Source: Minisyncoccia bacterium | GTDB taxonomy: Bacteria > Patescibacteriota > Minisyncoccia > Phycocordibacterales > PALSA-1337 | NCBI GenBank assembly: GCA_049997795.1 | Contig: JBEKVT010000002.1 | Location: 1,664 to 65,663, forward strand | DNA: 64,000 bases | Direction: 5' to 3' | Part shown: positions 55,626 through 64,000 of the stretch, one piece after another | Numbering within the stretch: the stretch's first letter is position 1 | Layout: each line of letters begins with the position of its first letter | Notes under the pieces: generated by a model | What the model saw: the letters and a program-made list of their open reading frames with translations, nothing else | Told to the model about the DNA's origin: nothing | Databases searched by the model: none | Position numbers and translations under genes: made by a program

Positions 55626-56311
55626 TGAGCAAGATCGAGATAATCCCGGCGATCCTTCCCAAGGACTTCAAAGAGATTGAAGACAAGGCCGTCATGGTGA
55701 AGGGCCTGGTGAAGACCGTGCAGATCGACATCTGCGACGGTCATTTCGTGCCTTCATTCACTTGGCCCTACAAGAAGCATGACGATTCTTTCGAGAAGAT
55801 AGTCCATGAGGAAGAAGGCCTGCCGTGCTGGCAAGATCTTGATTACGAATTCGATCTGATGGTCGATAGTCCGGAGAAAGTCGTCGACGAATGGGTGGAG
55901 GCCGGCGGGAGCAGGATCATCGTCCACGCGGAGTCGAAGGGCAACGTCGGTAAAGCGATCGATATCTTGCAAGACCGCGTCGAGATCGGGTTGGCCCTGA
56001 ATGAAGACACGCCGCTCGACGCCATCAATCCCTACCGTGAGAAGATAAACTTCGTCCAGCTCATGGGCATAGATAAGATCGGCTTCCAAGGCCAGGCTTT
56101 TGACGAGAAGGTGGACGGCAGGATAAAGGAAGCCAGGATAAAGTTCCCGGGCTTACCGATCTCGATCGACGGCGGAGTCTCATTAGAGACAGCGCCGGAG
56201 CTCGTTGCCGCAGGCGCTGACAGGCTGGTGGCAGGATCAGCCATATTCAGTTCCGACAACGTGGTGGAAGCCTTGGAGAAGTTCAAACGGCTCTCTTCAC
56301 GGCCGAAGTGA
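55625..56311 (+). CDS. rpe: Ribulose-phosphate 3-epimerase
   Basis: IIPAIL, IDICDGHFVP, GFQGQ.F, IDGGV and VAGSAIF. Confidence 0.92.
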   Translation: MSKIEIIPAILPKDFKEIEDKAVMVKGLVKTVQIDICDGHFVPSFTWPYKKHDDSFEKIVHEEEGLPCWQDLDYEFDLMVDSPEKVVDEWVEAGGSRIIVHAESKGNVGKAIDILQDRVEIGLALNEDTPLDAINPYREKINFVQLMGIDKIGFQGQAFDEKVDGRIKEARIKFPGLPISIDGGVSLETAPELVAAGADRLVAGSAIFSSDNVVEALEKFKRLSSRPK

Positions 56312-56326
56312 TATAATAAAGGCGAG

Positions 56327-57208
56327 ATGCCTCTCACCGACGAAAAAGTCAAGTTCTTGGAAGGCAAGGCCGCGGACATCCGCCGATCTATCATCGAGTC
56401 ATTGATCGAGGCCAAGTCAGGCCACACCGCCGGACCGCTCGACATGGCGGATATCTTCACATATTTATATTTCCACGCCTTGAAGCACGATCCGAAGAAG
56501 CCAGACTGGGAGTATCGCGATCGCTTGGTATTGTCTAACGGCCATATATGTCCTGTCTTGTACGCTACCATGGCTCACGCTGGCTATTTCCCAGTGTCCG
56601 AATTGAAGACCTTGCGCAAGCTGGGAAGCCGCCTGCAGGGCCATCCGCATCGCGATTGGCTGCCCATGCTCGAGACCTCTTCAGGACCTCTCGGATCGGG
56701 CCTATCCCAGGCCGTTGGCATGGCTCTGGCCGACCGCATCGACAACGGCAGGTCCTCCGGCCGTCAGATCTATTGCCTGATGAGCGACGGCGAGCTGGAT
56801 GCCGGCAATTCATGGGAAGGGGCGATGTTGGGCGGCAAAGAAAGGCTCCAGAACCTGACCGCCATAGTGGACAGGAATAACATCCAGATCGACGGCTTCA
56901 CGGAGGACATCATGCCTTTGAACCCGCTCCTCGATAAATGGCGGGCCTGGAATTGGCACGTCCAGGAGATAAACGGCAATGATTTCCGCGACATAGACCG
57001 GGCGGTGGGTGAAGCTCATGCCGTCTTTGACAAACCTTCCGTCATCATCGCCAACACCATCCCTTCGAAAGGCATCCCTGAATTCGAGCGCAAATTCGAA
57101 TGGCACGGCAAGCCGCCGACCACGCCGGAGGAGATAGAGACGGCGCGCAAGGCCTTGAGGGAGGTGCGCACAATGGGCGGCAAGGTCGAAGCGCCGCACA
57201 ACGATTGA
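56327..57208 (+). CDS. Transketolase, N-terminal (TPP-binding) subunit
   Basis: SGH, DRLVLSNGH, LQGHP, GPLGSG and SDGE..G..WE. Confidence 0.95.
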   Translation: MPLTDEKVKFLEGKAADIRRSIIESLIEAKSGHTAGPLDMADIFTYLYFHALKHDPKKPDWEYRDRLVLSNGHICPVLYATMAHAGYFPVSELKTLRKLGSRLQGHPHRDWLPMLETSSGPLGSGLSQAVGMALADRIDNGRSSGRQIYCLMSDGELDAGNSWEGAMLGGKERLQNLTAIVDRNNIQIDGFTEDIMPLNPLLDKWRAWNWHVQEINGNDFRDIDRAVGEAHAVFDKPSVIIANTIPSKGIPEFERKFEWHGKPPTTPEEIETARKALREVRTMGGKVEAPHND

Positions 57209-57226
57209 TCCATACCGACGATCATC

Positions 57227-58228
57227 ATGCTCAATCCAGACCTAAAACTGAATCTTAAGCTCTTCGATGCCGATGTCGATCAGATACCTATCCGCCAGGG
57301 TTTCGGCGAGGGCTTGTTGAAAGCGGCCGAGATGGATAAGCGCGTCGTGGGGTTGTGCGCCGACCTGACTGAGTCCACGCATATGCTGGCTTTCAAACAG
57401 AAATTCCCGGACAGATTCGTAGAGATCGGGGTGGCAGAACAGAATCTGGCGACTGTGGCTTCCGGTATGGCGGCCATGGGCAAGATCCCGTTCATCTCCT
57501 CGTACGCCATGTTCAGCCCGGGCAGGAATTGGGAGCAGATCCGGACTACCGTCGCCTACAACAACCGGCCGGTGAAGATAGCCGGTTCGCACGCCGGTGT
57601 GTCGGTTGGACCGGACGGCGGTACACATCAGGCCATAGAAGACCTGGCCATCACCCGAGTCATCCCGCGTATGGTCGTCATTTCGCCATGCGATGCCATT
57701 GAAGCCAGGAAAGCTACCTTGGCGGCGGCTAAGACCGACTCACCGACCTACATCCGTCTAGCCCGCGAGAAGACGCCGATAATGACAACGGATGACACGC
57801 CATTTTCCATAGGCAAGGCTGCCATCTTCTTCATGCCTGAAAATGGCAAGAAGGCCGACGTGGCTATCATCGCTACAGGCGCTCTCCTCCATAGGGCTTT
57901 GAAGACCGCCAAAGAATTGGAAGGGAACGGCAAAAACGTCACAGTGATGAACCTTTCGACCATAAAGCCCCTGGACGCCGACGCCGTCATCAATCTAGCT
58001 CATGAAGCCGGGGCCGTCGTCACGGTAGAAGAACATCAGGTCGCCGGGGGCATGGGTTCGGCCGTGGCGGAATGCCTGGCGGCGCATTATCCCGTTCCCA
58101 TCGAATTCATAGGCATCAAGGACAGATTCGGCCAGTCTGGAAGACCGGATGAGCTGATCGAACTCTATGGCATGGGAGAGAAAGATATATTGGATGCGGC
58201 CAGGAAGGCCATGGTCAGGAAGAAATAA
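57227..58228 (+). CDS. Transketolase, C-terminal subunit
   Basis: GVAEQN, GPDGGTHQ, YIRL.R and TVEEH...GG.GS. Confidence 0.95.
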   Translation: MLNPDLKLNLKLFDADVDQIPIRQGFGEGLLKAAEMDKRVVGLCADLTESTHMLAFKQKFPDRFVEIGVAEQNLATVASGMAAMGKIPFISSYAMFSPGRNWEQIRTTVAYNNRPVKIAGSHAGVSVGPDGGTHQAIEDLAITRVIPRMVVISPCDAIEARKATLAAAKTDSPTYIRLAREKTPIMTTDDTPFSIGKAAIFFMPENGKKADVAIIATGALLHRALKTAKELEGNGKNVTVMNLSTIKPLDADAVINLAHEAGAVVTVEEHQVAGGMGSAVAECLAAHYPVPIEFIGIKDRFGQSGRPDELIELYGMGEKDILDAARKAMVRKK

Positions 58229-58292
58229 GCCCTTAAGCGCTCTCCACATCCTGCCTTTACAGGATGCGTCAGGGTGATAAAATATCGCCATC

Positions 58293-58376
58293 ATGGATTT
58301 CCGAGTTATCGAGGCCGTCAAGCTCGCCTGCCTTAGCGTCGTCATCGACGCCTTGGTTGGAAGCCGGCCTTTGTAA
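58293..58376 (+). CDS. Putative 27-aa leader or small hydrophobic peptide
   Basis: MDFRVIEAVKLACLSVVIDALVGSRPL*; TGaTAAAAT lies 9 nt upstream; followed by a terminator. Confidence 0.4.
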   Translation: MDFRVIEAVKLACLSVVIDALVGSRPL

Positions 58377-58401
58377 CGAATCTCCCAAAATTGGTTACAG
58401 G

Positions 58402-58429
58402 AACGGGCTTCCAACCGGAAGCCCGTTTT
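58402..58429 (+). terminator. Intrinsic terminator / attenuator
   Basis: AACGGGCTTCC-AACC-GGAAGCCCGTT-TT. Confidence 0.7.
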
Positions 58430-58500
58430 GTTCATCCTGCCGCAAGTGCGGACAGGAACGAGAACAGATTTGCACCTTAAACGATCGAAATATCACGCCT

Positions 58501-58683
58501 ATGAACGACGGAATTGATTACGACAAGATGTGCGATGAGATCGTGGAACAGATGAGAAGAGACAGCCAAACGACCATATTGATCACTCTTCCGCCGCCGA
58601 TATCAGTCACATTCCCGATCTCGGATCAACCGGCGCCGGCCGTAGCCGATGCCGGCATCGGCGGACATGAATTCATGGACTGA
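58501..58683 (+). CDS. Small acidic hypothetical protein
   Basis: 60-aa ORF followed by a terminator hairpin at about 58704-58731. Confidence 0.4.
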   Translation: MNDGIDYDKMCDEIVEQMRRDSQTTILITLPPPISVTFPISDQPAPAVADAGIGGHEFMD

Positions 58684-58755
58684 TAATGGGAGATCGGTCC
58701 GCGAGCCGCTGCGAACACCAGCGGCTTTTTTATCCCCTTATGCTATAGTCTTGCC

Positions 58756-60795
58756 ATGCCGTTATTCAAGCTATCCACGAAGATGAAGCCGGCCGGCGAC
58801 CAGCCAGGGGCCATAGAGGCCCTGGTCGGCGGCCTCAAAAAAGGTCTCGACAGAGAGACGCTCTTCGGTGTGACCGGCTCGGGCAAGACCTTCACCATGG
58901 CCAACGTCATAGCCGCATACGGAAGGCCGACCCTGGTCATCGCCCACAACAAGACTCTAGCCGCCCAGTTGGCCCAGGAGTATCGCGAGTTCTTCCCAGA
59001 AAATGCCGTCCAATATTTCGTCTCTTACTATGATTACTATCAGCCTGAGGCTTACATACCGGCTTCCGATACTTACATCGAGAAAGAGGCCATGATCAAC
59101 GAGGAGATCGAGCGCCTGCGGCACGCTTCCACCCAGGCTCTTTTGACCAGGAAAGACGTGATAATCGTGGCTTCGGTCTCTTGCATCTACGGCTTGGGCA
59201 GTCCCGAAGAATACGAAAGGGTTAATCTGAAACTGTCGGCCGGTATGGAACTGTCCCGCGCCGAACTGATCCGCAAACTCATAAACATCCACTTTGAGCG
59301 AACCAACGCCGACATCAACCCGGGCCGATTCAGGGCCGTCGGCAACGTTCTGGAGATCATGCCGGTCAACGAGAAAACCGTCTATCGGATCGAATACGAT
59401 GCCGGCAAGATAAGCGATATCATCGAGCTCGACCCGGTGACTATGAGGATCAGAAAGCGCCACAAGACCGTCTTCGTCTTCCCGGCCAAGCATTTCATAT
59501 CGAGCGAAGATCAGGCGAAGAAAGCCCTGGAGACCATCCAGACCGAGCTTGCGGATCGTCTGAAGACCCTCGAGAAAGAGGGCAAGGCCCTCGAGGCGGA
59601 AAGGCTGAAGAGGCGCGTCAAATACGACCTGTCCATGATCCGCGAGATCGGCTACACGAACGGCATCGAGAACTATTCACGGCATTTCTCCGGAAAGATG
59701 CCCGGGGAGCCGCCGGATACGCTTTTGTCGTATTTCCCGCACAAAGCCGACGGCAGGGCGGATTTTCTGACTATTATCGACGAGTCGCACGTCACCGTGC
59801 CCCAATTGAACGGCATGTACGCCGGCGATGCTTCACGCAAGGAGACTCTGGTCGAGCACGGCTTCCGCCTGCCCTCGGCCAAGGATAACCGCCCGCTCAA
59901 GTTCCCGGAATTCCTAGAGAAGGTCGGGCCGATCGTCTACACGTCGGCCACGCCGGGCGATTACGAGAGGAAGACGAGTGGGCTCATAGTCGAACAGGTC
60001 ATCCGACCGACCGGCCTGGTCGACCCTGAGATCGACATCAAGCCTCTCGCGGAAAAAGGGAAGCATAAGGGCCAAGTCTTCGATTTCATAGACGAAGCCG
60101 CGGCCGTCATCAAGAAGGGCGACAGGGTCTTGGCTACGACCCTGACCAAGAAGATGGCCGAGGATCTGGCCGAATTCTTGAAGGAGAAGGGCACCAGGGC
60201 GAACTATCTACACAGCGGCGTGAAGACCATCGACCGGATAGGCGTCCTCACCGATTTCAGGAAGGGCAAGTTCGATTGCTTGGTGGGCGTCAACCTGCTC
60301 CGCGAAGGGCTAGACCTGCCGGAAGTCTCCCTGATCGGCATCCTCGACGCCGACAAAGAGGGTTTCCTCCGTTCCGAGACCGCTCTCATCCAGACCATCG
60401 GCCGAGCTGCCAGGAATGCCGCCGGCCGCGTCATCCTCTATGCCGATACCGTGACGGACTCGCTCCGGACAGCGGCAAGCGAGACGGAGCGCCGCCGCGC
60501 TATCCAGACCGCCTATAATGCCGAGCACGGCATCACCCCGGAGACCATCCAAAAGCACGTCCACGACATCACCGAGGGCCTCCGGACCGGGCATGATAAG
60601 GCCGTGGACGAACTCGTCAGGCTGGACGAAGAGCTCTTGCGCCTCGACCCGAAGCTCCTCGTCCGCCAAAAAGAGGCGCAGATGACGGAGGCAGCCAGAG
60701 ACCTGGATTTCGAGACCGCCGCTCTTCTCCGCGACGAGCTCATCGTCCTCAAGGAGAGGCTGGGGATTGTACGCCCTAGCAGACGCCGGAAATAG
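58756..60795 (+). CDS. uvrB: Excinuclease ABC subunit B
   Basis: PAGDQP, GVTGSGKT, YYDYYQPEAY, NLLREGLDLPEV and DFETAA..RD. Confidence 0.98.
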   Translation: MPLFKLSTKMKPAGDQPGAIEALVGGLKKGLDRETLFGVTGSGKTFTMANVIAAYGRPTLVIAHNKTLAAQLAQEYREFFPENAVQYFVSYYDYYQPEAYIPASDTYIEKEAMINEEIERLRHASTQALLTRKDVIIVASVSCIYGLGSPEEYERVNLKLSAGMELSRAELIRKLINIHFERTNADINPGRFRAVGNVLEIMPVNEKTVYRIEYDAGKISDIIELDPVTMRIRKRHKTVFVFPAKHFISSEDQAKKALETIQTELADRLKTLEKEGKALEAERLKRRVKYDLSMIREIGYTNGIENYSRHFSGKMPGEPPDTLLSYFPHKADGRADFLTIIDESHVTVPQLNGMYAGDASRKETLVEHGFRLPSAKDNRPLKFPEFLEKVGPIVYTSATPGDYERKTSGLIVEQVIRPTGLVDPEIDIKPLAEKGKHKGQVFDFIDEAAAVIKKGDRVLATTLTKKMAEDLAEFLKEKGTRANYLHSGVKTIDRIGVLTDFRKGKFDCLVGVNLLREGLDLPEVSLIGILDADKEGFLRSETALIQTIGRAARNAAGRVILYADTVTDSLRTAASETERRRAIQTAYNAEHGITPETIQKHVHDITEGLRTGHDKAVDELVRLDEELLRLDPKLLVRQKEAQMTEAARDLDFETAALLRDELIVLKERLGIVRPSRRRK

Positions 60796-60813
60796 TCTGG
60801 TATAATGTCTTCC

Positions 60814-61461
60814 ATGCCTTCCGACGCCGCCAAAGAAAAGGTCCTGATAATCGAGAGCAACGGGACTTTCTGCGAACAGATCGGGGACGCTCTTAGGAAG
60901 AGCGGCTACATGACCATCCTGGTCAAGAACGGCCAGGAAGGCCTGAAAAGCATATACGACCTGTCGCCGCAGCTGGTCCTTCTCGACGTCGTCACGACGG
61001 GCGCTGACAGCTACGAGATCCTGGAAAAGAAACAGGCCGACCAAAAGCTCGCGGCTATACCGGTCTTCCTGATGTCATCCGAGGGCGTGCCGATAAATAT
61101 GCGCCGGGTCCCGCCAGGCAGCGTGGCCGAATTCATGATGGCCCTGCATCTCGATCCGGCCGACATCGTCGAAAAGGTTGATCGGTATTTCGGGCACGAA
61201 GCCGCGCCGGCGGCCGTCAATCCGGCGGTTGAGGCGGCTAAAAAGAAGATACTGTGGGTCGAAGATGACAAGCTAATCGGCACGATCCTGTCAAAGAAGC
61301 TCATCGCTTCAGGCTTCGATCTGTTCCACGCCAAGAACGGGGAAGAGGCCATGGAAGCCCTGAAGCAGGTGATCCCGGACGCTACCCAGAAATTCCTTGT
61401 GAAAGCGGCAGTCTCCCTGGACCAGATCGTCGAGGAGATAAGGAGCCTTTGCAGACAATAG
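60814..61461 (+). CDS. Tandem response-regulator receiver protein; second domain internally deleted
   Basis: KVLIIES...LVLLD...IPVFLMS, then KILWVEDD...IPD joined directly to ATQKFLVKA. Confidence 0.75.
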   Translation: MPSDAAKEKVLIIESNGTFCEQIGDALRKSGYMTILVKNGQEGLKSIYDLSPQLVLLDVVTTGADSYEILEKKQADQKLAAIPVFLMSSEGVPINMRRVPPGSVAEFMMALHLDPADIVEKVDRYFGHEAAPAAVNPAVEAAKKKILWVEDDKLIGTILSKKLIASGFDLFHAKNGEEAMEALKQVIPDATQKFLVKAAVSLDQIVEEIRSLCRQ

Positions 61462-61521
61462 CCGGTAAATATAGGGGGTGATTTGCCCGAAAGCCGAAAA
61501 TATGCTAGTATCCGCGCCACT

Positions 61522-64000
61522 ATGGCCGGAATCGCTAAGAAGCCGACGCGCGACGGCGATAAGATCGTCGTCAAGGGCGCACGCACCCATAACTTGAAGA
61601 ACATAACGGTCGAGATGCCGCGGAACGCCATGATCGCCGTGACCGGCTTGTCCGGCTCCGGCAAATCGTCGCTCGCGTTCGACACCATCTTCGCCGAAGG
61701 CCAGCGCCGCTACGTGGAATCGCTGTCCGCTTACGCCCGCCAGTTCCTGCATAAGCTCCAGAAGCCGGACGTCGACGAGATCTCCGGCCTGTCGCCGGCC
61801 ATCTCCATAGACCAGAAGTCCCGGTCGAACAACCCGCGCTCGACCGTGGCCACCATCACGGAGATCTACGATTACCTGCGAGTCCTTTTCGCCAGGGTCG
61901 GCAAGCCTCACTGCCTCGTCTGCGGCAGAGAGATCCACCGGATCTCGAAGGAAGAGATACTCGAGACGGTCCTCCATACGGTCACGGCCCAATCCACGCG
62001 GGCCAAGAAAGTCTTCGGGGTCGGCATCGACAGCGCTAAGGTCAGAGTCTACGCGCCCGTGGTGGTCGGCCGGAAAGGGGAGTATTACCAGCTGCTCTAC
62101 GACCTTCTCGGCAAGGGCTACGACCGGGTGCGCATAGACGGCAAGATCCACCGCCTGCGCGACCGGATAATCCTCGAGAAGAACAAGAAACACTCGATAG
62201 ATGTCCTGGTCGACGAGCTTTTTATAAGCGAGTTCAACGACAAGAAGCAGTCCGACAACGCCCGCGAGCGCCTGTCCGAGGCCTTGGAGCAGGCCATTCA
62301 TGAGGCCGACGGCCTGATTCGGCTGGAATACCCCGGGGAAGAGAAGCTTCTGTCTGTCAGATTCATGTGCCCTTACGACGGCTTCTCCTATCCGGACGTC
62401 GAACCGCGCCTATTCTCGTTCAATTCCCCTTACGGGGCCTGTCCGGCCTGCAACGGCCTAGGCACGGAGAGCATATGGAGCGACAAGCCGTGCCCGGTCT
62501 GCAAGGGCGGGCGCCTGCGCGAAGAGGCTCTGCACGTCATCGTGGACGGCAAGAACATCGTCGACGTGGCAGCCCTGTCCATAGAACGCGCCGTCGATTT
62601 CTTCAAGGACATCAAGCTCTCCGACGCAGAGAAGGAAATAGCCAAAGTGGTCTTGAAGGAGATCGACGCCCGCCTCTCGTTCATGGTCAACGTCGGCATA
62701 GAATACCTGACCCTGGACCGCCGGGCCGGCACTCTCTCGGGCGGGGAAGCCCAGCGCATCAGGCTGGCTTCCCAATTGGGTTCCGGCCTGGTCGGCGCTC
62801 TTTACGTCCTGGACGAGCCGACCATCGGCCTCCATCAGAAGGACAACAGCAGGTTGATCGGGACGTTGCTCCATCTCAGGGATCTCGGTAACACCATCCT
62901 CATCGTCGAGCACGACGAAGACACCATGTTCTCGTCCGATTATATCGTTGACATCGGGCCTGGAGCCGGCATCCATGGCGGCAGAGTGGTCGTCTCCGGC
63001 TGGCTCGACGAATTGCTGACGGCCAAGAAGAATCCGTCGGGCTCGCTCACCCTGGCCTATCTGCGCGGCGAGAAGAAGATAGATATGCCGGAGAAGCGCC
63101 GCGAGCCGAAAGGTAAGCTTATGATCCGCGGCGGCCGAGTCTTCAACATCAAAGATATGGACGTGGACGTGCCGCTCGGGTCGTTCAACGTCATCACCGG
63201 CGTCTCCGGCTCCGGCAAATCGTCTCTCATGCATGAGATCATATACCGGAACCTTGAAGCCAGGTTGGGCTTGCGGTACCGCTCGGCCGAGACGGTCAAT
63301 TGCCGGTCCTTCACCGGCAGCGAATATCTCGGCCGGGCCGTTTTCATAGACCAATCGCCGATCGGCCGGACCCCGCGCTCCAATCCAGTGACTTACACCG
63401 GCGCCTGGACGCATATCCGGGACCTCTTCGCGGCCGAACCGGAAGCTCGCGCCAGGGGCTGGGGTCCCGGCCGTTTCTCTTTCAACCGCCCCGGCGGCCG
63501 CTGCGAGGCCTGCGAGGGGAACGGCGAGATAGCCGTGGAGATGCATTTCCTGCCGACCGTCTACGTGACCTGCGACGTCTGCGGCGGCAAGCGCTTCACC
63601 AAGGAGACGCTCGACATACGGTACCGCAAGAAGAGCATCCATGACGTCCTGGAGATGACCATCGAGGAGGCCCTCGGCTTCTTCGAGGACATCCCGGCGG
63701 TCTATGACCGCCTACGGACGCTCTACGAGGTCGGCCTCGGCTACCTGAAGCTCAGCCAATCGGCCACCACTCTCTCCGGCGGCGAAGCCCAGCGCGTCAA
63801 GATCTCGGCGGAACTCTATCGGGCCCACGTCCAGAAGACCATATACCTCCTCGACGAGCCGACGGTCGGCCTGCATTACGAGGACGTCAAGAAGCTCCTC
63901 GACATCCTGCAGAGGCTCGTCGACAAGGGCAACACCGTTGTGGTCATCGAGCACAACCTGGACGTCATCAAGAACGCCGACCACGTCATCGACGTCGGAC
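61522..64000 (+). CDS. uvrA: Excinuclease ABC subunit A (3' end beyond the window)
   Basis: GARTHNLKN, GLSGSGKSSLAFDTIFAEGQRRY, LSGGEAQR twice, GVSGSGKS and zinc fingers. Confidence 0.98.
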   Translation, partial: MAGIAKKPTRDGDKIVVKGARTHNLKNITVEMPRNAMIAVTGLSGSGKSSLAFDTIFAEGQRRYVESLSAYARQFLHKLQKPDVDEISGLSPAISIDQKSRSNNPRSTVATITEIYDYLRVLFARVGKPHCLVCGREIHRISKEEILETVLHTVTAQSTRAKKVFGVGIDSAKVRVYAPVVVGRKGEYYQLLYDLLGKGYDRVRIDGKIHRLRDRIILEKNKKHSIDVLVDELFISEFNDKKQSDNARERLSEALEQAIHEADGLIRLEYPGEEKLLSVRFMCPYDGFSYPDVEPRLFSFNSPYGACPACNGLGTESIWSDKPCPVCKGGRLREEALHVIVDGKNIVDVAALSIERAVDFFKDIKLSDAEKEIAKVVLKEIDARLSFMVNVGIEYLTLDRRAGTLSGGEAQRIRLASQLGSGLVGALYVLDEPTIGLHQKDNSRLIGTLLHLRDLGNTILIVEHDEDTMFSSDYIVDIGPGAGIHGGRVVVSGWLDELLTAKKNPSGSLTLAYLRGEKKIDMPEKRREPKGKLMIRGGRVFNIKDMDVDVPLGSFNVITGVSGSGKSSLMHEIIYRNLEARLGLRYRSAETVNCRSFTGSEYLGRAVFIDQSPIGRTPRSNPVTYTGAWTHIRDLFAAEPEARARGWGPGRFSFNRPGGRCEACEGNGEIAVEMHFLPTVYVTCDVCGGKRFTKETLDIRYRKKSIHDVLEMTIEEALGFFEDIPAVYDRLRTLYEVGLGYLKLSQSATTLSGGEAQRVKISAELYRAHVQKTIYLLDEPTVGLHYEDVKKLLDILQRLVDKGNTVVVIEHNLDVIKNADHVIDVG

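Noticed and set aside
1-64000. Prophage, transposase, integrase, reverse transcriptase, cas or rRNA genes
   Set aside because: No ORF or sequence with such motifs was recognised in the window.

Overview
High-GC bacterial chromosome segment using standard code 11. Its gene content and style point to Patescibacteria/CPR (Parcubacteria-like); this taxonomy is inferred, not proven. It carries mostly housekeeping genes: ftsZ, ftsA, ybeY, rpsU, lepB, pth, rpsA, gyrA, rpmF, nusB, rnc, smc, clpB, alr, rpmG, rarA, miaA, parB, topA, dprA, serS, dusB, dnaX, pyrD, gap, rpiB, rpe, split transketolase, uvrB and uvrA. It also has six tRNAs, six tandem VirB2/TrbC-like pilins and several orphan genes. Two non-coding patterns stand out. 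(1) Two tandem arrays of single-gene cassettes sit at tRNA(-like) 3' ends (11276-12344 and 29454-30629). Every cassette ends in a conserved 22-bp motif, RGTTYYRACWTCRTMCYACGCA, followed by a copy of tRNA positions 69-74 of that locus. This looks like an integron-like, tRNA-anchored cassette accretion system with no integrase in the window. (2) Four dispersed 108-119 bp elements have long terminal inverted repeats whose sequence differs between copies but still pairs. They enclose a 59-61 nt core of three conserved boxes and two variable segments. Other observations: many apparently leaderless genes, a degenerate HisRS paralog, a NusB-NUDIX fusion, an SMC without a recognisable hinge, a leader-peptide attenuator, and tRNA-Leu(CAA) abutting miaA. 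All assignments are by eye; no database searches were run.
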